Notes: generated by a model from the letters alone, not told the origin. Counted from the first letter of the stretch, positions 17,411 to 25,154 are shown. The stretch: DNA of 25,563 bases from a virus (IMGVR_UViG_3300027828_000093:1-25563), one strand, 5' to 3'. Numbers and translations are program-made.

Positions 17411-18923
17411 TATCTTCTCCTTGTATATCAGCTTCAATAGCTGCTAAGAAAGGTTTCTTATTCAGGTCATTTAACTCCCACCCGAATCCTGACATATCTT
17501 CTTGGTACGCTGCTCGTAGAGTTGTACCGCTTCCAAGGAACGGACAGAGAACAAGTGAGTCAGGGAAAGCAAAGGTTCTAAGGATTTCCCTGATAAGCTC
17601 AATAGGTCGCTGAGTTGGGTGATACTTTCTTTGGGCTGGGACAGCAGAATACTGAAAAACGTTAGAGCGTCCTCGTTGTCTAATAGGTAACCCATCTCCT
17701 TTCGTGGCAACAATAAAAGGCTCGTATGTCCTTCCGAGATATAGGTCTGGGCTATTTGTTTGTCCTGCTTCTTTAACCCAGATACAAGGGATAGGATCGA
17801 TCTTAAATCCTGATTCTTTAAGTGCGTTCGTGACGAGAGAATAGTATTCATGTCCGTACCAGTACACAATCCTGGAATCGTCAGGTAAAGCGGCGAATAA
17901 TTTTCGGCAGAAAGTATTAGTAAATTCTTCGTACTCGGAGCGAGCGACCTCATTATACGTGTTAAGTGCAGCATCAGCTTCTCCTTTCTTTTGTTCCTTA
18001 AGATCAATACCATACGGAGGGTCGACTTCTACAAACCAGATAGGTAGCTTCTCTTCTAATTTGGCTAGCTTATCGAGTCCTTCAAAAGCATCTCCAATAA
18101 TGAAGTCATCTTCTGCTGTACGACTAGCATTGATTAGTGGATTGACGTGGATTTTATTTTTAAACTGTTCAGCAGACCTAGGTTCAGATGCTATACGACC
18201 AGTTTTATTTATCTCTTGCCAGCTTACACCAGAAGCTTCTATGTCTGCACATTCATCAGGGAAGATAGGTTCATCTGGATATTCTTTAAAGATAGTTACT
18301 GCATCAAGGTGAGCACACTCTGGACTATGCCCGTTGTCAAGACCGCCAGATGTTCTGACGTTACGTTCTTCTACCATCTTATGAACGACAGCACCTTCAA
18401 GAAGTTTACGAGATAGCTTTACTGCTTTGTCCTCGTTACTTTCTTCTTTAAGTTCAGGGATTTCTTGGCAGATACTGTATAGCTGTAAGGCTCTGTTGAT
18501 ACCACCTACAGATTTGTCGAGGGCTTTAGCTGTTTTATTTTGTGACCAGTTTTCTTCGCCATTCTGTTCGACATATAGCTTATGCATCTTGACAGTCTGC
18601 TCGAGCTTTTCGTACCAATGGAGATCTTTACGATGTTGATTCTCCAGAAACTCCACTTCTCTATCTGAAAGGGTTGAGTCGGAGTTAATGACATTAGCAG
18701 GGATATGTTGTAAATCGAGTTCGAGACACGCTTTAATTCTTCGTCCGCCAGCGAGTAGGCGATACTTACCCTTGCTGAGTTCTCGTACTGAGATTGGCTG
18801 GAGGACACCAACTTCTGGGATGGACTCGAGAAGGTCAGACAAATCATAGTGTTCACGGAATCTATCTCCTATTTCTATTTCATCCAGGTTTATGTTCTTT
18901 AACTTAGCTTTCTTCTGAGCCAT
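17376..18923 (-). CDS. ParB-like domain + HTH fused to beta-class amino-DNA methyltransferase
   Basis: GVLQPISV, AGGRRIKA, EN.HRKDL, HTH WSQNKTAKALDKSVGGINRAL; DPPY, HPTQRP, CPFLGSGTT; start ATG 18923 after AAGGA. Confidence 0.88.
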   Translation of the reverse strand: MAQKKAKLKNINLDEIEIGDRFREHYDLSDLLESIPEVGVLQPISVRELSKGKYRLLAGGRRIKACLELDLQHIPANVINSDSTLSDREVEFLENQHRKDLHWYEKLEQTVKMHKLYVEQNGEENWSQNKTAKALDKSVGGINRALQLYSICQEIPELKEESNEDKAVKLSRKLLEGAVVHKMVEERNVRTSGGLDNGHSPECAHLDAVTIFKEYPDEPIFPDECADIEASGVSWQEINKTGRIASEPRSAEQFKNKIHVNPLINASRTAEDDFIIGDAFEGLDKLAKLEEKLPIWFVEVDPPYGIDLKEQKKGEADAALNTYNEVARSEYEEFTNTFCRKLFAALPDDSRIVYWYGHEYYSLVTNALKESGFKIDPIPCIWVKEAGQTNSPDLYLGRTYEPFIVATKGDGLPIRQRGRSNVFQYSAVPAQRKYHPTQRPIELIREILRTFAFPDSLVLCPFLGSGTTLRAAYQEDMSGFGWELNDLNKKPFLAAIEADIQGEDNVVHAEADEEH

Positions 18924-19221
18924 CTGCTTCTTCCTTAGGTAGTATCTTAGTATATAGAGTGGTAACAGAACCAGGTACAAAAGCATCCCGAACTGTTGAG
19001 ACATTCTCTCTTATTACCTCACCAGTCTTATCTATATTTTCAATAGTTAGCTTTTGGATTATGAATCCCCTGCTTCTAGCTTCTGTCAGGATGTTTACAT
19101 AGTTAGCTTCTGTTTCTTTAAGGAAGGCAGCTAACTCTTCATCACTTACGTGACTCAACACACCTTCACCTTTACGAGATTCCTTTAGTTCTTTTAACTT
19201 ATTATCTGGCTCATTACCCAT
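18904..19221 (-). CDS. Hypothetical protein
   Basis: GGAG RBS, overlaps both neighbours. Confidence 0.65.
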   Translation of the reverse strand: MGNEPDNKLKELKESRKGEGVLSHVSDEELAAFLKETEANYVNILTEARSRGFIIQKLTIENIDKTGEVIRENVSTVRDAFVPGSVTTLYTKILPKEEADGSEES

Positions 19222-19462
19222 TATCTTCTCCTGTCAGCTTAGCTAGTAGAGCAGCTTTATCTTCTGGTGATAGATTAAGTATTAAGTTCTTTGCACTGGT
19301 TTTCTTTTTCTCTGCTTGCCTACCTTCTTTAACTACACGTTTCTTTGCTGTAGACGGTCGCTCAATATTACGAGTTGTTCTTATACTCTGTATCTTTTTG
19401 AGCTTTTGTTCGGCAGACATATCAGAAAACCTTTCGATTAAATCTTCTAGTTTCTTAGTCAT
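19214..19462 (-). CDS. Hypothetical basic helical protein
   Basis: AAGGT RBS; Lys/Arg-rich 82 aa. Confidence 0.65.
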   Translation of the reverse strand: MTKKLEDLIERFSDMSAEQKLKKIQSIRTTRNIERPSTAKKRVVKEGRQAEKKKTSAKNLILNLSPEDKAALLAKLTGEDNG

Positions 19463-19682
19463 TTGTATCTACCTTATTCAAATTTTGAACAACCAACTTA
19501 CAATTCCCTCGTAAGAGGTTTTCCATTAAACACTGCTCCGGATTCTCCACTTGTGTTTTTATTAACAAGTCCAAGAGTTCCCGTACTACAGAAGCTTTCA
19601 TTCCCTGTGGAATCAGTATCGCTAACTTGTCATTGATAGACTTGTCAATCGGAACTGATAACCTTACTATATCTTCTGACAC
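19455..19682 (-). CDS. Ribbon-helix-helix-like DNA-binding protein
   Basis: GTG start at 19682 after AAGGAG; VRLSVPIDKSINDKL...KASVVRELLDLLI fits the RHH pattern. Confidence 0.55.
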   Translation of the reverse strand: MSEDIVRLSVPIDKSINDKLAILIPQGMKASVVRELLDLLIKTQVENPEQCLMENLLRGNCKLVVQNLNKVDTND

Positions 19683-19701
19683 GGTTATACTCCTTATAAG
19701 G

Positions 19702-19789
19702 TGTCTCTCAGGGTAGGTTGAGTAATGAACAGGGGAGAACATTACTCTTACTGTGGGGTCAGTAGGGAGGAGACCTACCCCAAGAGACA
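19702..19789 (-). ncRNA. Branched structured RNA element (three-way junction), unclassified
   Basis: 17-bp closing stem with two G-U pairs on - strand, plus two internal hairpins filling the intergenic gap. Confidence 0.55.
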
Positions 19790-19797
19790 GTTCTTAA

Positions 19798-20181
19798 TTA
19801 CTCGCTAGCAAGTTGGTCGAGAACCAAAGTGTTCTTCCAGTTGCCATTGTACTCTTCTTTCTTAACGGCAGACTCTGCAGTTGCACCAAGCATGAGTTCA
19901 GTGTCAATACCATCTGCAATATCCAGATTGAACTGAGCAAGGAAACGCTTAGCCAGAAGATTTTTAAACTCACGAGTTTTATCTTCGTCATCGTCTTTAG
20001 GAAGAGACATGATGTGGAAGATGTCAGCATAATTTTCTTCTGTATCAAAGGCAAGAATAATCTGAACATAATTCTTTTCTTCAATCCAAGTAGCTTTAGT
20101 TACCTGTACGTTATAACGACCATCAGGTGCAATGGCAGCTTCCTGTGCATCAGTCAATCCTGGCATTTCAATAAAAGACAT
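19798..20181 (-). CDS. SSB-like / DUF669-type protein
   Basis: APDGRYNVQVTKA N-terminal motif, acidic, EEYNG..KN C-terminus; downstream of AAA_24 ATPase. Confidence 0.6.
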   Translation of the reverse strand: MSFIEMPGLTDAQEAAIAPDGRYNVQVTKATWIEEKNYVQIILAFDTEENYADIFHIMSLPKDDDEDKTREFKNLLAKRFLAQFNLDIADGIDTELMLGATAESAVKKEEYNGNWKNTLVLDQLASE

Positions 20182-20214
20182 TTTTAATACTCCTGTTATA
20201 TTATGTAATAGCTA

Positions 20215-21030
20215 TTACGATTTTGGTGTCAGATTATGGTCGGCAAAGAGCTTACCTAAACCATACTTCTGACGGTTATCCCAGTCCTTGATAGTAACAT
20301 CTTGAAACATTTCAAGGTCTCGGAATGAGGTACGAACAGTTGGATTAACTCTATCAGGCCTAGTCTGAATTCTATACTCAGCACTATCTTTATTACTAAC
20401 ACATTCACAATGAAAGATGTCACTAAAAAGTAGTGGGAGTTTAGTTCTCAGCTGACCAGTTAGCATAACCTGATTAACCATTCGCTTAGTTTGTTCGTCT
20501 TGGATATACTGGTCGTGGGCAGTACACAATAGAACCTTATCCATCTGACCAGCTAGAGTACGGACAACATTCTTAATCGTACCCATTTGAGCTGTCCAAT
20601 CATCCTGCTGCGGCCATTGTCCACCACGTCCGTTAAGATGAAGAATTCTATCCATGACTATATCAGAGAATGTTGTGAATGAATCTAATACAATGTTGTC
20701 ATAAGAATCAAACGTACCATCATTCTTTTTCTTCTCGAAATCATCTTCCCATCTTAAGTATACTTCATGTGCATCAGCTCCTTTTGTTTTAGTATCACCT
20801 ACACCTTTCTTGAGAGAGCGTGCAGCTAAACTTACTACTGACGGTACAAATATCTCATAATCTATATCAGCTCCGCGTAGTGTACTTAGTGCAGCTGGGT
20901 CAAAGATGTATGCAAGAGTTCTACCTGGTAGGGTACTATACAAACTTGTTTTACCAGAACCAGGAGAACCTACTAACATTATCTTGGGTTTACCTACATC
21001 CTCTTTATGTAAATCTTTAGCATTGGGCAT
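20215..21030 (-). CDS. AAA_24 / Sak4-like phage ATPase
   Basis: GSPGSGKT, IVLDSFT, CTAH, LFSDIFH. Confidence 0.82.
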   Translation of the reverse strand: MPNAKDLHKEDVGKPKIMLVGSPGSGKTSLYSTLPGRTLAYIFDPAALSTLRGADIDYEIFVPSVVSLAARSLKKGVGDTKTKGADAHEVYLRWEDDFEKKKNDGTFDSYDNIVLDSFTTFSDIVMDRILHLNGRGGQWPQQDDWTAQMGTIKNVVRTLAGQMDKVLLCTAHDQYIQDEQTKRMVNQVMLTGQLRTKLPLLFSDIFHCECVSNKDSAEYRIQTRPDRVNPTVRTSFRDLEMFQDVTIKDWDNRQKYGLGKLFADHNLTPKS

Positions 21031-21107
21031 TACTTACTCCTGTTAAAAAGGAAAGAAGACGGGGCTTCTGTCATTGCTTAGGATAACTCCACCCCTTTAT
21101 ACAGGTC

Positions 21108-21422
21108 TTACACTGTAATATCTTCTTCCTCTGTTTCTTCAATTTCCATCTTGTACATCAACTGAGTGTAGACTAAGACTTGCACTACACTCTGACCATG
21201 ACCTAGACTCTGAGTTGTTACCTTCATATCACAGGACATATTCCAACCTTCATCACGAGCTTCATCAAGTTCTTGTACGAAGTCACGGTGTTCAGTATGT
21301 TCTATCAGTCTGTGAGATGTCCGCCACTTCTTCTCATTCGTTCCCGCAATACTCTCGGCAGCCTGACTCAACGTATTCAAGTCTGCCTTCTTTCTGCCAA
21401 GAATCCTGTGAACCCAAGTCAT
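21108..21422 (-). CDS. Hypothetical protein
   Basis: ATG 21422 after AAGGA; DEGW...YTQLMYK pattern. Confidence 0.55.
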   Translation of the reverse strand: MTWVHRILGRKKADLNTLSQAAESIAGTNEKKWRTSHRLIEHTEHRDFVQELDEARDEGWNMSCDMKVTTQSLGHGQSVVQVLVYTQLMYKMEIEETEEEDITV

Positions 21423-21663
21423 AGTCTTTTCCTTCCTCGCCTTGGCGAGATTCAATATAGTTTTGCCAATCATCTGTTAGTTCTATTGGTGTACCATCTG
21501 ACTGACGAACGATAGTAGTTTCCTGTGCTTCACAATCACTAGCGTGGAGTGTCAACATACCTAAAGCACCAAGAATAGCTCCGATTACTAAACACTTTAG
21601 GGATGATTTCCTAGCATCTTTTAGTAATATCTTTTCTTCAAAATCATCTTGGGAAGTTCGCAT
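21334..21663 (-). CDS. Hypothetical membrane/secreted protein
   Basis: GGAGG RBS; TM LVIGAILGALGMLTL; acidic C-terminus; overlaps next gene by 89 nt. Confidence 0.55.
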   Translation of the reverse strand: MRTSQDDFEEKILLKDARKSSLKCLVIGAILGALGMLTLHASDCEAQETTIVRQSDGTPIELTDDWQNYIESRQGEEGKDYDLGSQDSWQKEGRLEYVESGCREYCGNE

Positions 21664-21910
21664 AGTTTTCCTCCGGTACTTTCTCTTTGATATAATCTAC
21701 AATAGCTTGTACGGTTTTAATCTCTTCCGCTTTATCATCAGCTATTTCCCATTGAAGTTCTTCTTCAAAAGCCATAACTATTTCAACTGAATCAAGACTA
21801 TCTGTTCCTAAATCATCTACTAAGTTATCGGTTAAGTTGATATCTTCTTTCGTTAGACTTAATTGTTCAGCTAGAATAGTCCTGACCATATCTTCTATTA
21901 CGTCACTCAC
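21644..21910 (-). CDS. acpP: Acyl carrier protein
   Basis: DLGTDSLDSVEIVMAFEEE...EIADDKAEEIKTVQAIVDYI with phosphopantetheine Ser; GTG start 21910 after AAGGAG. Confidence 0.92.
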   Translation of the reverse strand: MSDVIEDMVRTILAEQLSLTKEDINLTDNLVDDLGTDSLDSVEIVMAFEEELQWEIADDKAEEIKTVQAIVDYIKEKVPEENYANFPR

Positions 21911-22901
21911 TATAACTCTCCTTTCTCTCCGGCAATAAACCAAGTTCACCAATCTTCAAGATGTCAAACGGATTCCACTCACGTTCTACAAACCCAGGAG
22001 GAACTTCACTATTACTGGGGTCAACAGTATAGCGACAAATGTTACGCATACTACAGCCAGCATAATTACCACAGGCATTAGTATTCTTTGGAAAACTGCT
22101 TCCCAAGTTCCCTGTTCTTTTAAGTCTTGCTTTATCATCTTCAATCCTTGCAATCCATTGACGAGTTTCATGAAGCCATGTTTCTAACAGATTGAAATGT
22201 CTGTCAACAGGGAACATCTTGAACTTATCATGAACAGTCTTGTGGAATAAAGCACCATCTATCATTACTGATTTTAGATTGTCATAGAGAATATTAGCTG
22301 CATAACTATATCCATCTACTTGTGAGTTCGGTGAGAAGGAATCCACCCACCGTGATTTGAAGCCACTTTCCTTGGCATAGTCAGAGGAACTTTTGTGTTC
22401 AATAATGCAGAGTCCCTGAGTTCTACTCCTGAAAACTTTATCAAGACGACCAATATACAATAGCTCGTTATTATCCTCATACAAAGGTACGGCAAACGGT
22501 TGTTCGATTGCAACCACTTCTCCATCTTCAATGAACCGTCTCCTCTGTAGTATGTAATTCATTAGTACTTCTGCTGCGATATGAGGACCGCGTGGATAGT
22601 AAGCTTCCATCTGTTCCATACTCATATCTTCCGGTGCGGGTAGACCTTCTTCAACCCACGTATGTATGTATAGTGCTAGTGCTTTCTGTAATACATCTTG
22701 GTCATTACGATTTCTTTTCTTGCCAATCTCAGACCATACGATGTCCATAGCTGCGTGCCATGCAGAACCGTTAACAAGTGCAATACCTGTACGGTCTGGA
22801 TTCCAGTGTCGTATATGCCTTAAGTAGAAATAGCGAGGACAAGTTTTATATGCAGATACTCTAGTATTGTCATAGTAACTTGGTGCTTTTTGTTCGTTCA
22901 T
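21903..22901 (-). CDS. PD-(D/E)XK (Cas4/RecB-like) exonuclease with predicted 4Fe-4S cluster
   Basis: CPRYFY, GSAWH, IEQPF, GRLD, EHKS, Q...Y, C-x5-C-x5-C; start 22901 after GGAG. Confidence 0.85.
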   Translation of the reverse strand: MNEQKAPSYYDNTRVSAYKTCPRYFYLRHIRHWNPDRTGIALVNGSAWHAAMDIVWSEIGKKRNRNDQDVLQKALALYIHTWVEEGLPAPEDMSMEQMEAYYPRGPHIAAEVLMNYILQRRRFIEDGEVVAIEQPFAVPLYEDNNELLYIGRLDKVFRSRTQGLCIIEHKSSSDYAKESGFKSRWVDSFSPNSQVDGYSYAANILYDNLKSVMIDGALFHKTVHDKFKMFPVDRHFNLLETWLHETRQWIARIEDDKARLKRTGNLGSSFPKNTNACGNYAGCSMRNICRYTVDPSNSEVPPGFVEREWNPFDILKIGELGLLPERKESYSE

Positions 22902-22947
22902 GTCTATACTCCGAGACAAGGATGCTCATACAACCTCAAGTAAAGTC

Positions 22948-22977
22948 AAAAAAAGGGAGAGCCGAAGCCCTCCCCTT
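22948..22977 (-). terminator. Intrinsic terminator with cUUCGg tetraloop
   Basis: - strand GGGAGGGC-TTCG-GCTCTCCC followed by T7. Confidence 0.9.
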
Positions 22978-22993
22978 ATAGGTACTACTTAGA

Positions 22994-23344
22994 TTAACCA
23001 GCAGTTAACTGAGCAATCAACGCTGCACGATCTTCATCAGACATTGAGTCAAGTGCGGCAAGAGCCTTATCTTTCGCAGACTTGCGAGGTTTCTGAACGC
23101 CAGGACGCCATTCATTAACGATTGATTGTAGTTCTTCTTCTGTCTTTGGATTGTCTCCGCCCACATTACGACGAATAAGTGCTTGCAGGTCGATTGTGGT
23201 ATTGGCTTTAAACTTCTGGAAGATTACATCTTCACCAAATTTTTCAATAGCTGCATCAAGGTTTTCACCGAAGTCATAGTTGACTGAGTATGAAGGTGCA
23301 TCAGCTTCTTTACCAAGTTTCGCGGTTACTGTTTCAGTTGACAT
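22994..23344 (-). CDS. Hypothetical protein, probably highly expressed
   Basis: AGGAG RBS; flanked by its own promoter and terminator. Confidence 0.8.
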   Translation of the reverse strand: MSTETVTAKLGKEADAPSYSVNYDFGENLDAAIEKFGEDVIFQKFKANTTIDLQALIRRNVGGDNPKTEEELQSIVNEWRPGVQKPRKSAKDKALAALDSMSDEDRAALIAQLTAG

Positions 23345-23436
23345 TATAGTTTCTCCTGTTTATGTCACTACGGTTTTAAATACTAACTATGTTTCATTCA
23401 TTAACTTTATAAAGTAGGTTTCGTTCCCACATTGTT

Positions 23437-23465
23437 ATTATGTTCCAAGACCGAACCCATGTCAA
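23437..23465 (-). promoter_or_regulatory. Sigma70-type promoter
   Basis: TTGACA-N17-CATAAT in the intergenic gap. Confidence 0.8.
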
Positions 23466-23468
23466 GCA

Positions 23469-24149
23469 CTAATCAGAACTATTTTGAGGTTGACCATCAT
23501 AATCATGTAGGTTTATATATTCATCTATCTGATTTCTTGCAAGCTCTGTGCCCCATGATTCAGGACGTTGGATGGTATACACTATCTCAACAGCACACAA
23601 GTATATAGGGTCAACAGTCTCTTTCTCTACTTGTTCCTTTAGACTCATTATACGTGGGTCTTTAGGATTCATCTCGTACAGTTCATCAAAGGGCTTGCGT
23701 ACCACTTCTAATATATTGAACTTCTTAACTTTCAAAGGTTCAACAGTTTCAGTACGTTGGGTATCTATCTCAATGTTAGGTTCTGCAGAGGATAATATCT
23801 GTTGCTCAACTACATCACCCAACTGCTCCAACGACCCTGCCGTTGCGGGCTTGCCCCGCCCTTTCATTAGTGTCGCGAGGTCAGAGCCAGAGAAACCTGG
23901 GAGTCCGTCAGTCATCTTGGTGTTAAACATATCTTCATATATCTTTTCCAGTTGGTTGACATCCATTGTTGAGTACGGTTGAATATTACCTTGAGCTTCT
24001 AATAGTAGCATCATACTCTCAAAGACATTACGAACAGTTGTACTTATAGGTTTCTCCGCAGGGTTTCCGATTTGGTTGTTCTTTATAAACTCACCAGCAG
24101 ATATAACTGAGCATAAGTCTAGTCTTATTGTTAAAGTTACGCTTTTCAT
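23469..24149 (-). CDS. Hypothetical protein
   Basis: GAGGAG RBS, ATGA coupling, 226 aa. Confidence 0.7.
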   Translation of the reverse strand: MKSVTLTIRLDLCSVISAGEFIKNNQIGNPAEKPISTTVRNVFESMMLLLEAQGNIQPYSTMDVNQLEKIYEDMFNTKMTDGLPGFSGSDLATLMKGRGKPATAGSLEQLGDVVEQQILSSAEPNIEIDTQRTETVEPLKVKKFNILEVVRKPFDELYEMNPKDPRIMSLKEQVEKETVDPIYLCAVEIVYTIQRPESWGTELARNQIDEYINLHDYDGQPQNSSD

Positions 24150-24340
24150 ATTTCTTCTCCTCTCATAATTCTTAGTGCAATTCTACATAACCTTCTTTCA
24201 TCCTCCGCTGTAGATATTATGTTACTGAAGATATCACCTTTTGAGGAACTTGGTTCTAGTGCTTCAGATAGTTGTTGTATAAAACTATCAGTCATGAATA
24301 TCTTCTTGTTTAGTAGTAACTCGACTTTATCTTCGTTCAT
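24146..24340 (-). CDS. Hypothetical protein
   Basis: AAGGAG RBS, ATGA overlaps at both ends. Confidence 0.65.
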   Translation of the reverse strand: MNEDKVELLLNKKIFMTDSFIQQLSEALEPSSSKGDIFSNIISTAEDERRLCRIALRIMRGEEI

Positions 24341-24663
24341 CGTTCCGACTCCTTTTGGTCTATTAGCACACGGCTAGCATGAATATGTTTCTCCTCTAGC
24401 TCGTATGTGCCATAGCCGAAATCAACGCCAATATGCGCCACAGCCTCAATGATTGGGTCTGCTGCATCAACGCGGGCTTGCAGTGCGTCACGTTCTGCCT
24501 CTGCCTCATTCAGCAAGCGGAGTAGGGTTTCCGCTTCGCCTATCGAAACAGCACACTGATTGGCTGCATCTACAGGCACATTGCTTGGCTCAGTGCTGCC
24601 TTCTATGCGCTCCCTACGCCTAGCTACCTTAGCCCGTATATCGTCTTTCTCACTCATCATCAT
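24337..24663 (-). CDS. Hypothetical coiled-coil protein
   Basis: GGGAG RBS; EAERDALQARV coiled coil; higher GC than neighbours; exact start among three tandem ATGs uncertain. Confidence 0.6.
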   Translation of the reverse strand: MMMSEKDDIRAKVARRRERIEGSTEPSNVPVDAANQCAVSIGEAETLLRLLNEAEAERDALQARVDAADPIIEAVAHIGVDFGYGTYELEEKHIHASRVLIDQKESER

Positions 24664-24781
24664 TCTCCCAGTAGAAATTATTACTAAAATCTATATCATA
24701 GTTCGGTTGGTAGTTTACAGGTTCACCATACCCCTTCGTTAGAAGGAGCATAGCGGCTGCGATTACTATAAGATGTTTCAT
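24650..24781 (-). CDS. 43-aa signal-peptide-bearing protein (absent from ORF track)
   Basis: MKHLIVIAAAMLLLTKGYGEPVNYQPNYDIDFSNNFYWENDDE*; ATGA overlap with upstream stop; fills the gap. Confidence 0.6.
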   Translation of the reverse strand: MKHLIVIAAAMLLLTKGYGEPVNYQPNYDIDFSNNFYWENDDE

Positions 24782-25143
24782 TTCCTATCCCCTACTATAA
24801 TCATCTTACCTACAATAGCATTAGCCTTAAGGTGTGGTGTAGCCTTTGTACCTATACCATTGTGTACACTAGACACTATCCAATCTGCATAGGATAATTG
24901 TTTAGTTTCACTGAAGGATGCACCCCAGTATAGTATAGATGCTAGGGGGTTTATCTTTAATCCTTTGAGTAACCCCTCTTCATCTACTAAAGCTTTTCTA
25001 GTTTCTCCGTTATATCTAACAGATACTTCTTGTAGATAAGCTTTATTTAATATCTTCTTAGCTTCTTCCCAAGTTGCATTATAGTTAAAAGCATCAATAG
25101 CTTCTATCCTTCCATCTTCATGTATAATAGTTGCAGGTTTCAT
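24778..25143 (-). CDS. DUF3846-like protein
   Basis: VDEEGLLKGLKINPLAS...IVGKMIIV signature. Confidence 0.7.
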   Translation of the reverse strand: MKPATIIHEDGRIEAIDAFNYNATWEEAKKILNKAYLQEVSVRYNGETRKALVDEEGLLKGLKINPLASILYWGASFSETKQLSYADWIVSSVHNGIGTKATPHLKANAIVGKMIIVGDRK

Positions 25144-25154
25144 ATCTCTATTCC

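Noticed and set aside
21031-21107. Possible terminator or structured leader before the AAA ATPase
   Set aside because: Only 4-5 bp stems; not distinguishable from chance
21436-21449. Inverted repeat CTCGCC-TT-GGCGAG as a parS-like site
   Set aside because: Single copy inside a CDS and unlike canonical parS
21903-22901. Cas4-like nuclease as evidence for a CRISPR system
   Set aside because: No repeat-spacer array or other cas genes; such nucleases are routine in phage recombination modules
22924-22949. TTGACT -35-like box at the end of the UUCG terminator
   Set aside because: No acceptable -10 hexamer at 16-18 nt spacing
1390-24742. Antisense and alternate-frame ORFs in the track (e.g. 1791-2048, 7065-7493, 13759-14142, 17471-18013, 19794-20084, 23548-23982)
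   Set aside because: They lie wholly or almost wholly within well-supported genes and show no recognisable motifs; shadow ORFs
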